Assembly (NCBI GenBank): GCA_963757325.1
Contig: CAVWRF010000015.1
Coordinates: 9,010 to 73,009, forward strand
From: Candidatus Melainabacteria bacterium
GTDB taxonomy: Bacteria > Actinomycetota > Actinomycetes > Mycobacteriales > Pseudonocardiaceae
DNA length: 64,000 nt
Direction of reading: 5' to 3'
Shown here: positions 1-9,333 of the stretch, piece by piece
Numbering within the stretch: position 1 is the first letter of the stretch
How the letters are laid out: the number at the start of each line of letters is the position of its first letter
Position numbers and translations under genes: made by a program
Notes under the pieces: model-generated
Databases searched by the model: none
Told to the model about the DNA's origin: nothing
What the model saw: only the letters and a program-made list of their open reading frames with translations

Positions 1-1
1 G

Positions 2-535
2 GCACCGGCGTTCACGAACCCGGCCGCGGCCACGTTCACCACCGGTTCGGCAGGCAGCTTCGCGATCACCACGACCGGTTACCCGGTCGCCGCGCTGTCC
101 GAGTCCGGTGCGCTGCCCTCAGGCGTGACGTTCGTCGACAACCATGACGGCAGCGGCAGCATCGCCGGCACGCCCGCGGCCGGCACCGGTGGCACGTACC
201 CGGTGACGATGACCGCGAACAACGGGATCACCAGCACCACCGAGCAGGTGACGATCACGGTCGACCAGGCGCCCGGCTTCAGCAGCGCGTCGACCATGAG
301 CGGTTCGATCCTGCGCTCGGCGACGTTCACGATCACCGGCACCGGCTATCCGAAGCCGACGTTGACCTTGTCCGGGGCGCTGCCGCTCGGCCTGAAGTTC
401 AGCGGCGGCACGAACGGCACGGCCACGATCAGCGGCCGTCCGCTGCTGCCCGGCACGTACCGGGTCAGCATCAGCGCCAGGAACAGCAGCGGGACGGCGA
501 CCCAGTCGCTCGCGCTGAACATCACGGCACTGTAG
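2..535 (+). CDS. Surface/secreted protein, C-terminal fragment with tandem He_PIG-type putative Ig repeats (5' end outside window)
   Basis: Frame is open from the window edge to TAG 533-535. Two repeat units share the pattern F(A/T)ITTTGYP..L..SGALP.G..F....G...I.G.P...GTY.V...A.N. Confidence 0.55.
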   Translation, partial: APAFTNPAAATFTTGSAGSFAITTTGYPVAALSESGALPSGVTFVDNHDGSGSIAGTPAAGTGGTYPVTMTANNGITSTTEQVTITVDQAPGFSSASTMSGSILRSATFTITGTGYPKPTLTLSGALPLGLKFSGGTNGTATISGRPLLPGTYRVSISARNSSGTATQSLALNITAL

Positions 536-592
536 GGAATCCGAACCTCCGCCGGGGACCGCGACCGCGGTCCCCGGCCGAGGGCCGTGCGC

Positions 593-1828
593 TCAGGAAC
601 CGCTGGTGGACAGTTGCGGGACCGCGAGTACCCGGTCCGTCGGGTGGACCACGTTCAGGATCGGGCCGGTCATCGCGGTGGTGACGACCGCCATCACGAC
701 CAGCATCGAGTACAGCCGGGTGTCCAGGATGCCGACCTGAAGGCCCACGTTGAGGATGATCAGTTCGGTCAGCCCGCGCGTGTTCATCAGCGCGGCCAGT
801 GTCACGGAGTCCCGATTGACCAGGCCGGTCGCCCTGGCCGCCAGGTACGTCCCGGCGAACTTGCTCGCCACCGAGACGACCAGGATCAGCGCCAGTTCGC
901 CGAAGTCGGTGAGGGTCAGCCTGGCCAGGTCGACGTTGAGGCCGGACACCACGAAGAACACCGGCACGAAGAAGACGCCGTTGATCTGCTGCACCCGGTC
1001 CACGATCTGCCCGCGCAGCCAGGAGAAGGTCTCCCTCGGCACGATGACGCCGAACAGGAACGCGCCGAAGATGAAGTGCAGGCCCATCCACGACGTCAGG
1101 CCGCCGGAGAGCAGCAGACCGGCCACCAGCACCCCCAGCGTGTTGGCGCGCATCCGCCCCGACCGGTCGGAGGACAGGTAGCGCCGCAGCAGTGGACGGA
1201 CCACGAAGACGCACAGCGCGAGATAGGGCACCAGCAGCACGGTGCGGTACCAGGCGGACGGGCCGTTGACGATGCCGAGGATGGTGGCGAGGAACAGCCA
1301 GGCCAGCACGTCGTCCACGGCGGCGCAGGCCAGCGCCAGCGTGCCGATCCTGGTCCTGGTCAGGTCGCGGTCGGCGAGGATCCGCGCCAGTACGGGGAAC
1401 GCGGTGATGGACAGCGCCGCGCCGACGAACAGCACGAAGCCCAGTCGCGAGTGGGTCGGGTGCTGCCGGTAGATCGCCCACCCGACCAGCGCGCCGGTGG
1501 CCAGCGGCAGCAGCATGGCGCCCAGCGCGACGGAGACCACGGTGCGGCCACGGCCCCGCAACAGGTTCCGGTCCACCTCCAGACCGGTGACGAACATGAA
1601 CAACGCGACCCCGACGTCCGCGACGGGGGTCAGCAGCGGCCGCACGTCACGGGGGAACAGGGTATTGGCGATCGCGCCGTGGAACAGGGTCGGGCCGACC
1701 AGGATTCCGGCGGTGATCTCACCGATCACCGCCGGTTGGCCTAATCGCTGGGCCAGTGTTCCCAGCGCCCAGGCCATTATCACGATCAGGCCCAGATCGA
1801 GCAGCAGCGCCGCTTCGGAATTGTCCAT
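593..1828 (-). CDS. Cation:proton antiporter (CPA2 / Kef-type)
   Basis: ATG at 1828 gives MDNSEAALLLDLGLIVIMAWALGTLAQRLGQPAVIGEITAGILVGP, then about 12 hydrophobic segments. The 149 upstream codons of ORF 593..2275 are Arg/Ser-rich and look non-coding. Confidence 0.85.
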   Translation of the reverse strand: MDNSEAALLLDLGLIVIMAWALGTLAQRLGQPAVIGEITAGILVGPTLFHGAIANTLFPRDVRPLLTPVADVGVALFMFVTGLEVDRNLLRGRGRTVVSVALGAMLLPLATGALVGWAIYRQHPTHSRLGFVLFVGAALSITAFPVLARILADRDLTRTRIGTLALACAAVDDVLAWLFLATILGIVNGPSAWYRTVLLVPYLALCVFVVRPLLRRYLSSDRSGRMRANTLGVLVAGLLLSGGLTSWMGLHFIFGAFLFGVIVPRETFSWLRGQIVDRVQQINGVFFVPVFFVVSGLNVDLARLTLTDFGELALILVVSVASKFAGTYLAARATGLVNRDSVTLAALMNTRGLTELIILNVGLQVGILDTRLYSMLVVMAVVTTAMTGPILNVVHPTDRVLAVPQLSTSGS

Positions 1829-1988
1829 CGCAAACCTGACCTCTTCGTTCGCGCATTTACGGCAAGGACCGGGAGCGGCCGAATGGCGATCGTGTGTACG
1901 GCGGTGGAAGTGGCGATGAATACCGGATCGACCTGCCGTCGTGGTCGGTGCTGCGCCCTGTTTCGCACCGTAACATGAGGACACGGCT

Positions 1989-2004
1989 GTTACCGATCGG
2001 TAAC
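1989..2004. promoter_or_regulatory. Perfect 16-bp palindrome GTTACCGATCGGTAAC, candidate operator upstream of the antiporter gene
   Basis: Read directly from the sequence. It lies about 160 bp upstream of the antiporter start, inside a 1.1-kb non-coding stretch. Confidence 0.3.
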
Positions 2005-2686
2005 TCCGGCTTGTTCCGGTAGTAGAGATCGGGCACAGATCCTTGCATGTTTCGACGGCCCTTGAAGACCTGGTTGAGCGATGAACGACATGGTACGGTC
2101 GAATGCTTCGGGGGAGAATTTCGGACATCGCGCGCCGAAATGATGATGTGAATGACCGGGGGTCGGATGAAGACGTCGCCATCTGTCGCGCGACCGGACG
2201 AGGTGCTGCCGGCTCGGCGGGTCGACATCCGGTCCGCGGCCGGTCGCGGTACCGCGACCGGCTCGCCGTCGACACCGTCGGCCTCAGTTGTCAGAGGTTG
2301 CGCGACCACGCATGGGTGGCGAGACGGTGCAGTCCGTCTCGACGGCGAGACACGGCTCCGGCAACGGTTCCGGCGGAGCGGGCCACACCGTGAACCGGGG
2401 GCCGGCGCGCGGTTGAGCTGTCCGCGAACGGGGGTTCGGCCGTTCGGTGGTGTATTCCATGGTGTTCGTTCGACTGCCGAACGGTTGGGCGGGCGACGCC
2501 TTGAATTGAAGGACTTTTGTCTTTCCTGGTATGGCCCTACGGCCTTTCACCAAGAGTGACCGAGCCGTTCTTGTCCGCATTGATGGGCCGCTGTGGCGGC
2601 CCATGGCCAAACTTGATGCCGTGAGCGAACGGGTGCGGGTCGCGCGCGTATTGATGGTCGCGTGGGCCTGAACGGTCCATCGAAAA

Positions 2687-2694
2687 TCTATATT
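2687..2694 (+). promoter_or_regulatory. TCTATATT box, copy 1 (upstream of SARP-1)
   Basis: Exact 8-mer shared with copies at 6553-6560(-), 13080-13087(+) and 35419-35426(+). It has the same orientation as the downstream gene and contains a -10-like TATATT. Confidence 0.4.
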
Positions 2695-2935
2695 CGCTGG
2701 TCTGTCGCCTGACTTTCGGAACCCGTTGGTCGGCAAAGGGCCGCGCGGGCCAGCTTGACGCGTTCACACGATGGCTACTAGGCTAAACCAAAGTTACACA
2801 TTGATCGAACCAATGTGTCGACTGATAAAGAAACATATACGTCGGGGGCGACGGGCAGCAGGGGAACGGGCGAGAAAGGGCTGAACAGGTCCAATTGTGC
2901 CGCGTCCTCGTGGTGCGGCAGCGAGGGGATTCCAC

Positions 2936-3808
2936 ATGAGGCTGGCTTTACTGGGCCCGCTGTGCCTCACGCACAGCGGGTGTGAGGTCGTCATCAACTC
3001 GGGGCGGGCACGCACCGCGCTGGCGTTGCTGGGACTGAGTCCTGGTCGCACGGTGTCGTTCGACGAACTGATCAACGAGCTGTGGTCGGGCAGGCCGATC
3101 CGCGACGGGCGCAACGCACTGCACGCCACCATCGCACGACTGCGCAGGCTGCTGGTCTCGGTCGACGGAGGCAGGGACGTCATCCGGACCACCGGCGGTG
3201 GCTACGTGTTCGACCTGCTTGGCGGTTCGGTGGACGTGCAGCGGTTCGACTCGTTGTCCCGCGAGGGATCGGCACTGATCAAGCGGGAACCGCACCGGGC
3301 GATCGAGATGCTGCGCGAGGCGCTCGCGCTGTGGCGCGGGCCCGCGCTGGCCGACGTGGGCGACGGCGTGCGCTGCCGTGCGGCGGCGGCATACCTGGAC
3401 GAGCAGCGGCTCACCACCGAGGAGGACCTGTTGGCCTCCCGGCTGGCGATCGGGGAGGAGTGGCTGGCCACGGCGGAGCTGAAGCAGCTCGTCGGCGACC
3501 ATCCCGGCCGGGAACGGCTGAGCGAGTACCTGATGCTGGCGCTGTACCGCAGCGGCCGGCAGAGCGAGGCGGTGTCGGTCTTCCAGTGCACCTGCAACTG
3601 GTTGAGCAACGAGCTGGGTCTGCAACCGGGCAGGCCGCTGCAGGAGCTGTACCAGGCGATCCTGTTGCAGAGCCCGAGTCTGGACCACAGGGCCGATCCC
3701 AGATCGCTCGGTTCGGTCCGCGCGGCCGCTCCGGCCGCCGCCCGCGCGCATGTGCGCAACGGTGCGGATGCCCGGCTCGGCAGACCGGACGACCTGCGGG
3801 CCGGCTGA
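2936..3808 (+). CDS. SARP-family transcriptional activator (OmpR-type winged helix + BTAD)
   Basis: MRLALLGPLCLTHSG..ALLGLSPGRTVSFDELINELW..RLRRLL..GGGYVF, then a BTAD-like helical region (ALWRGPALADV...YLMLALYRSGRQSEA). GAGGGG lies 8 nt upstream of the ATG. Codon 5 is TTA. Confidence 0.85.
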   Translation: MRLALLGPLCLTHSGCEVVINSGRARTALALLGLSPGRTVSFDELINELWSGRPIRDGRNALHATIARLRRLLVSVDGGRDVIRTTGGGYVFDLLGGSVDVQRFDSLSREGSALIKREPHRAIEMLREALALWRGPALADVGDGVRCRAAAAYLDEQRLTTEEDLLASRLAIGEEWLATAELKQLVGDHPGRERLSEYLMLALYRSGRQSEAVSVFQCTCNWLSNELGLQPGRPLQELYQAILLQSPSLDHRADPRSLGSVRAAAPAAARAHVRNGADARLGRPDDLRAG

Positions 3809-3820
3809 CGATCCAACGGG

Positions 3821-5569
3821 TCAGGCCGGTCGGCCGGCCAGTTCCTCGACCAACCGGGCCACGGTGCGGCTGGTCATGACGTCGTGGACGGTGAACATCA
3901 GCCCGTGCCGGCGTGCCTCGTTCACCACGAGCGCCGCACCGAGGCTGGTGCCGCCGAGGGCGAAGAAGTCGTCGCCCGTGCCGACCGTGTCCTCCGTGCT
4001 GGAGAAGCGCGCGAACAGGTCGCACAGCAGTTGCTGCTCGGTCGTGCGCGGAGCTCGGAACCGCGCTCCGGTGCCGAATCTCGGTGCCGGCAGGGCGGCG
4101 GTGTCCAGCTTGCCGTTCGCGTTGAGCGGCAACGTGTCCAGCTCCACCCACACCGAGGGCACCATGTACTCCGGCAGGCTGGCCGCGGCGTGCTCGCGCA
4201 GCCACCGGTCACCGGACACGGCACCGTCGGCGACGACGACGTAGGCGAGGACATGCTGGTCCGACGCGACGACGGCGGCCTGCGCGATGTCCCTGTGGCA
4301 CAGCAGCACCGACCGGATCTCGCCCAGTTCGATCCGGTGACCGCGGATCTTGACCTGGTCGTCGGCGCGGCCGAGCATCACCAGCGCACCATCGGGCATG
4401 CGCCGGACGCGGTCGCCGGTGCGGTACATCCGGCTGCCCGGCGCCCCGTACGGATCGGCGACGAACCGCCCGGCGGTCAGGCCGGGACGCCGCAGGTAGC
4501 CGCGGGTCACCTGGCCACCGCCGATGTACAGTTCGCCCACCTCGCCGTCGGGCACCGGCCGCAGCCCCTCGTCCAGCACGTGCGGCACGGTCGTCCAGGT
4601 GGGACCGCCGATCGCGACCGGCCCGGGACCGACGTCGTCACCGGGGCGCACGAAGTGCACGCAGCAGCCGACGGTCGCCTCGGTCGGGCCGTACTCGTTG
4701 ACGACGGTGACGCCCGGGTTCGCGCGCCGGAACTCGGTGAGCACCTCCTCGGGCAGCACCTCACCGCCGACCACCAGATCCGTCGTCGGCGACGCGCTCG
4801 CCGGCAGGCCGGCCAGCAGCGGCAGGTGCGACGGTGTCGCCTTGAGCAGGGTGGGCGGCGTCGTCAGTTCGCCCAGCGCGGCGATCCGCACCCGGCCACC
4901 GGCCAACAGCGGTGCGTACAACGTCGTGACGGCCATGTCGAACGCGGTCGACGAATGCAGCACGGCCTCGCCGCGCACCCCCGGATAGTGCGCCAGGCAG
5001 TACGCCAGATAGACCGTCAGCGACCGGTGTTCCACCACGACGCCCTTGGGCACACCCGTGGAACCGGACGTGTAGATGACGTACGCGGGGTGTTCGGGCC
5101 GCAGCGGGGTCGTCCGGTCGGCGTCGGTCACGTCCGCCGTGGACGCGGCGGCGAGCGCGGTCTCCGTGTCCGGGTCGTCGGGCACGACCAGCGGCACGCC
5201 GAAACCTGCTGCCGCGTCCCGGTCGGCCGCCAGCGCGACGACCAGTGCGGGCCGCGCGTCGGCCATCATGTGCGCGATCCGCCCGCGCGGGTTGTCCAGT
5301 TCGACGGGCACGTACGCCGCGCCCGCCTTGAGCACCGCGAGGTACGCCACCAGCAGCTCGGCCGAACGGCGCATCAGCACGGCCACCAGGTTCTCCGGCC
5401 CCGCACCACGCGCGGCCAGCAGCCGCGCCAACCGGTTCACGGCCGCGTTCAGTTCGGCGTAGGTCAGCGTCGTCTCGTCGTCCGATACGGCGGGCGCGTC
5501 CGGGGTCGCGGCGACCTGCCGCTCGAACCATTCGGGCAGCAGGACCTGCGGGATGTCGGGGTCGTCCAC
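3821..5569 (-). CDS. Stand-alone NRPS adenylation-thiolation (A-T) didomain, Asn-type specificity code
   Basis: Motifs seen: [61 protein letters not shown], then the carrier motif FFALGGTSL. Start taken as GTG 5569, just after the upstream stop at 5599 (start uncertain). Extracted code is DMTKVGEVGK. Confidence 0.85.
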   Translation of the reverse strand: MDDPDIPQVLLPEWFERQVAATPDAPAVSDDETTLTYAELNAAVNRLARLLAARGAGPENLVAVLMRRSAELLVAYLAVLKAGAAYVPVELDNPRGRIAHMMADARPALVVALAADRDAAAGFGVPLVVPDDPDTETALAAASTADVTDADRTTPLRPEHPAYVIYTSGSTGVPKGVVVEHRSLTVYLAYCLAHYPGVRGEAVLHSSTAFDMAVTTLYAPLLAGGRVRIAALGELTTPPTLLKATPSHLPLLAGLPASASPTTDLVVGGEVLPEEVLTEFRRANPGVTVVNEYGPTEATVGCCVHFVRPGDDVGPGPVAIGGPTWTTVPHVLDEGLRPVPDGEVGELYIGGGQVTRGYLRRPGLTAGRFVADPYGAPGSRMYRTGDRVRRMPDGALVMLGRADDQVKIRGHRIELGEIRSVLLCHRDIAQAAVVASDQHVLAYVVVADGAVSGDRWLREHAAASLPEYMVPSVWVELDTLPLNANGKLDTAALPAPRFGTGARFRAPRTTEQQLLCDLFARFSSTEDTVGTGDDFFALGGTSLGAALVVNEARRHGLMFTVHDVMTSRTVARLVEELAGRPA

Positions 5570-5598
5570 TGTGTGCCGTCCTCGGGTCCGGAGGGTGA

Positions 5599-6450
5599 TC
5601 AGGCCGGCTCGCCCGCTGTCGCGGTGCCGAGCAGGTCCGACAGCGCGCGGGCGGTGCCGGTGTGCCGCAACAGGTCGTCGTGGCCGACGTCCAGCACGAC
5701 GTCGTGCCCCACGTCGACGGCCCTGCCGCCGGCCGAACGGATCGCCGTCGCGCGAGCCCACCTCGGCTCCGGGTCGTACAGCGTCGCCGCCGTCAGATAC
5801 CGCACCAGGGTGCCGAACACGCCCGCCAGTTCGTCGCGGACCTCGTTGTCCAGACCGATCCGCTCGGCGATGCCGCCCATCGTCGCCGTGAACACCTCGC
5901 CCAACTCCCGGCCGACGGCGATCAGGTCGTCACCGCGCTCGGCGCGCACCCGGTCGGCAGCCGCGTGGTAGCGGTCCAGCTCACCGGGCATCATCATCGC
6001 CGCCATCGAGTCGCCCGCGGCGTGGAAGTCGCGGTACAGACCTGTCGAGTTGGGCAGTTCCGGGTCGAACAGCACCAGGCGCGGCACGGCCAGTTCGGCC
6101 GCGATCCGGGCCGCGAGCACGGCGCCAGCGCAGTAGCCGACGACGGCGTTCACCTGCCTGCCCGACCGCCGCACCTCGGCCAGCCACCAGTCGACGTAGG
6201 CGTCCGGCGTGACGGTAACGGGCGGCGCCGCGGTCTCCCACACCGTCAGCGGTGGATCGAGCAGCCCGACCAGGTCGCGGAACGCCGCCGTCGTGCGTCC
6301 CGTGCTGTTGAAATCCACCGCGAGCACGACGTCCCGTCCCGGACCCTGCGCAAGCACGTGCCACGACTTCCCGGTCACAGCGAATACCCCTCCGTGCGAG
6401 TTTTCCGCCGCAACGGCGGCCGCGAAATGCAGACCGAGGCATAGGAACAA
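5599..6450 (-). CDS. Alpha/beta-hydrolase-fold protein with Gly-x-Cys-x-Gly nucleophile elbow (SyrC/CmaE-like aminoacyl shuttle candidate)
   Basis: [15 protein letters not shown] sits where type II thioesterases carry GHSxG. Downstream Asp (LFDPE) and His (DVGHDD) are triad candidates. It lies directly upstream of the A-T gene on the same strand. Start uncertain. Confidence 0.6.
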   Translation of the reverse strand: MFLCLGLHFAAAVAAENSHGGVFAVTGKSWHVLAQGPGRDVVLAVDFNSTGRTTAAFRDLVGLLDPPLTVWETAAPPVTVTPDAYVDWWLAEVRRSGRQVNAVVGYCAGAVLAARIAAELAVPRLVLFDPELPNSTGLYRDFHAAGDSMAAMMMPGELDRYHAAADRVRAERGDDLIAVGRELGEVFTATMGGIAERIGLDNEVRDELAGVFGTLVRYLTAATLYDPEPRWARATAIRSAGGRAVDVGHDVVLDVGHDDLLRHTGTARALSDLLGTATAGEPA

Positions 6451-6552
6451 GACCCCGGAATCCCCTTCGGGTCACCCTACTCCGGGGTGTACCGGCACCA
6501 CCAGCGTGTTGTCGCACAGCCATTTCGCGCCGTTGTCGGGCCCGGAAGAATT

Positions 6553-6560
6553 AATATAGA
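6553..6560 (-). promoter_or_regulatory. TCTATATT box, copy 2 (upstream of the hydrolase/A-T operon)
   Basis: The plus strand reads AATATAGA, which is TCTATATT on the minus strand. It lies about 100 nt upstream of the minus-strand start at 6450. Confidence 0.4.
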
Positions 6561-6927
6561 TCGGCCGGAGGACCGGACCGGTTTTCGGTTGGCACGGTAT
6601 CCGCCGTTTGCCTGCCGGGTTCTGTCAGCGCACGGTCATCCGCCTGTCATCGGGCCTCCGTAGTCTTCCGTTGGTTCTCCGCGCCGGGGTGTCGGCAACG
6701 GGACCGATACGGCTTGAGGAGGTTCGCCGGAAATGAGGGTTTCCGGCGAGCGGGACCGGACACAGGGGAGCTGAATAGTCATCGTGCTACTCGCGGGTCA
6801 TCGCCCGGGTGCCGCGCTGCGCGCGGCGGGCCGGCGGGACGCGCGACGTACGAAACGGTCCGGCTGGATCTCCCGGGGACGTGGTGGCTGGCGGAGGCGC
6901 CAGCGCTGAGACACCGGAGGGGCACAC

Positions 6928-7731
6928 ATGGAATACCGAATCCTGGGGCCGGTCGAGGTGCGCCATGAGGGGCGGCCACTGCCGCTGTACGGCGCCAAAC
7001 AGCGCACCGTGCTGACCGCCCTGCTGATGGCCGGCGACCTGGTCGTCTACGACACACAACTCGGCGAGCACCTGTGGGGACAGAACGCGCCGATCACGAT
7101 GAACGCGCAGATCTACACCTATATCTCGCGGCTGCGGAAGGTGCTCGGCCCGCACGCGCGGATCACCCGACATTCGCCCGGCTACCTGATGCAGATCGGC
7201 CACTCCTGGTTCGATCTGCACGAGTTCACCGAGCAGTCGCAGCGCGGCCACGAGGCTCTGGCCGTCGGTGACTACGAGAAGGCCGCGACGCTGCTGTCCG
7301 CCGCGCTGTCGCTGTGGCGCGGACCGGCGCTCGCCGACGTGTCGTCACACCTGGCCGACGCGGTGCGCCCGCAGTTGGAGGAGGCCAGGATCACCGCGCT
7401 GACCGGCCGGATCGAGGCCGATCTCGCGCTGGGCAGGCACGTCGCGCTGGTGCCCAGGCTGACCCAACTGGTGCGTCAGTACCCGTTGCAGGAACGGTTC
7501 CGCGCGCAGTTGATGACGGCGCTGTACCGCTGCGACCGGCAGGCCGACGCGCTCGCGCTGTACGAGGAGGGCAGGCGGATGCTGGCCGGCGAACTGGGTG
7601 TCGACCCGGGCGCGTTGTTGCACGACGTGCTGCTCGCGATCCTCAACTCCGACCCGAAACTGCTCGGCCCCGCGCGGGAGCGCTCGCTGGCCGGCGTCGG
7701 GTGCTCACCGCTGCCGGGATTCCTCGCCTGA
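6928..7731 (+). CDS. SARP-family transcriptional activator (second copy)
   Basis: MEYRILGPVEVRHEGRPLPLYGAKQRTVLTALLM...YISRLRKVL..GYLM, then a BTAD region (LSLWRGPALADV...LMTALYRCDRQADAL). Confidence 0.85.
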   Translation: MEYRILGPVEVRHEGRPLPLYGAKQRTVLTALLMAGDLVVYDTQLGEHLWGQNAPITMNAQIYTYISRLRKVLGPHARITRHSPGYLMQIGHSWFDLHEFTEQSQRGHEALAVGDYEKAATLLSAALSLWRGPALADVSSHLADAVRPQLEEARITALTGRIEADLALGRHVALVPRLTQLVRQYPLQERFRAQLMTALYRCDRQADALALYEEGRRMLAGELGVDPGALLHDVLLAILNSDPKLLGPARERSLAGVGCSPLPGFLA

Positions 7732-7806
7732 TCGGCACCGGCAGCCACTGACCCCCGCGGCGCGGGGCCCGACCCGCGCCCGGACCAACACAGTGGAGGC
7801 AATGTC

Positions 7807-8082
7807 ATGACCGCTTCACAACCGATGACCACGTTGAGCGACGGGGAACGCGCGCGCATCAAGGACGTGGTGTGCGAGGTGCTCGACGTCGAGCCCGGTG
7901 AGGTCACCCCGACCGGTTCGTTCACCGAGGACAACGGTGCCGACTCGATGTCGCTGGTGGCGCTGGGCGCGTCGCTGGAGCGCACCTTCGACATCGAGAT
8001 CGCGGACGACAAGGTGGACAGGATGAACAATCTGGAAGACGTGATCGCCGTGGTCGGCGAAGCACTCACGGCGAACCGCTGA
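7807..8082 (+). CDS. Acyl carrier protein
   Basis: 91 aa with the phosphopantetheine site DNGADSMSLVAL. GGAGG lies upstream. It is followed by KS genes. Confidence 0.8.
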   Translation: MTASQPMTTLSDGERARIKDVVCEVLDVEPGEVTPTGSFTEDNGADSMSLVALGASLERTFDIEIADDKVDRMNNLEDVIAVVGEALTANR

Positions 8083-8109
8083 GCCTGGTCACGACGCGAG
8101 GAGGGCGTA

Positions 8110-9333
8110 GTGCACCAGGAAGGGGACGTTGAGAGAGTTGTGATCACCGGTTTGGGTGTGGTCAGCAGTATCGGTACCGGCGCCGACGACTTCTGTGCCG
8201 CGCTGCGCGAGGGGCGCAGCGGGGCGAAGCCGATCACGGCGTTCGACACCACCGGCTTTCCGCACTCGGTGGGCTGCGAGGTCACGGGGTTCGACCCGCG
8301 GCGGTGGCTGGAGCGGCTGGAGCCGCGGGTGACCGGCCACGCCACCAGGTTCGCCGCCGCGGCCGCCCGGATGGCGGTCGCGGACTGCGGGCTCGACGTC
8401 GAGGAACTGCGCCGTCGCCGGGTGCTGGTGTCCATCGGCACCAACGACGGCGAGGCACGAGACCTCGACACGCTCACGGAACGACACCTGGCAGGCGAGT
8501 CGTTCGACCCGGCGCTGGCCGCGCGGGCCGACACCAACCGGCTGGCCTCCGGGGTGGTCCGTGAATTGGAGCTGCGTGACGTGGAGACGATGACGATCGT
8601 CACCGCGTGCGCGGCGGGCAACTACGCGATCGGCAGCGCGTTCGACGCGATCCGGTCCGGTGACGTGGACATCGCGCTGTGTGGTGGCGCGGATGCCGTG
8701 TGCCGCAAGACGTTCAGCGGCTTCTACCGGTTCGGCACGATCGCGCCGGAGATGTGTCAACCGTTCGACAGGGACCGCAAGGGCCTGCTCACCAGCGAGG
8801 GCAGTGGGGTGCTCGTGCTGGAGAGCCTGCGATCGGCTCGGGCCCGCGGTGCCTCGATCCACGCCGAGGTGCTCGGTTACGGGCTCAACTGCGACGCCGG
8901 CCACGCCGTCGCTCCTGACCAGGACAACCTGGCCAGATGCATCCGGCTCGCACACCACAACGCCGGCATCCAGCCGGCGGACGTGGACCTCATCTCGGCG
9001 CACGGCACCGGCACACCGACCAACGACGTGGTCGAGTCCGGCGCGATCCGCCAGGTGTTCTCCGCCCCACCGCCCACGGTGTCGGTGAAGAGCATGATCG
9101 GGCACGCGATGGGGGCGGCGAGCGCGCTGGCCGCCGTCGCGTGCGTGCTGGCCATCCGGGAGGGCTTCATTCCGCCCACGATCAACCACGCGAACACCGA
9201 TCCGGCCTGCGGGCTGGACTGTGTGCCCAACAGGGCTCGGCAGGCGGAGCTGAACGTGGTGCAGAACAACGCCCTCGCGTTCGCGGGCAACAACGCGGTT
9301 CTGTTGCTCGGCAGACACCGGGAGACCGTATGA
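8110..9333 (+). CDS. Beta-ketoacyl-ACP synthase (KS-alpha type, catalytically complete)
   Basis: VVITGLGVVSSIG; active-site Cys in TACAAGNYAIG; His residues in SAHGTGTPTND and KSMIGHAMGAAS. GTG start. Confidence 0.9.
   Translation: MHQEGDVERVVITGLGVVSSIGTGADDFCAALREGRSGAKPITAFDTTGFPHSVGCEVTGFDPRRWLERLEPRVTGHATRFAAAAARMAVADCGLDVEELRRRRVLVSIGTNDGEARDLDTLTERHLAGESFDPALAARADTNRLASGVVRELELRDVETMTIVTACAAGNYAIGSAFDAIRSGDVDIALCGGADAVCRKTFSGFYRFGTIAPEMCQPFDRDRKGLLTSEGSGVLVLESLRSARARGASIHAEVLGYGLNCDAGHAVAPDQDNLARCIRLAHHNAGIQPADVDLISAHGTGTPTNDVVESGAIRQVFSAPPPTVSVKSMIGHAMGAASALAAVACVLAIREGFIPPTINHANTDPACGLDCVPNRARQAELNVVQNNALAFAGNNAVLLLGRHRETV

Noticed and set aside
1829-2275. N-terminal 149-codon extension of the antiporter ORF (593..2275).
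   Set aside because: It is Arg/Ser/Thr-rich and non-hydrophobic, with no codon-bias signal. The membrane protein begins cleanly at ATG 1828.
2537-2767. 76-aa minus-strand ORF in the SARP-1 upstream region.
   Set aside because: It has an alternative start codon, no RBS and no recognisable motif, and it lies in a lower-GC region where random ORFs of this size are expected. It is mentioned only as part of the non-coding stretch.
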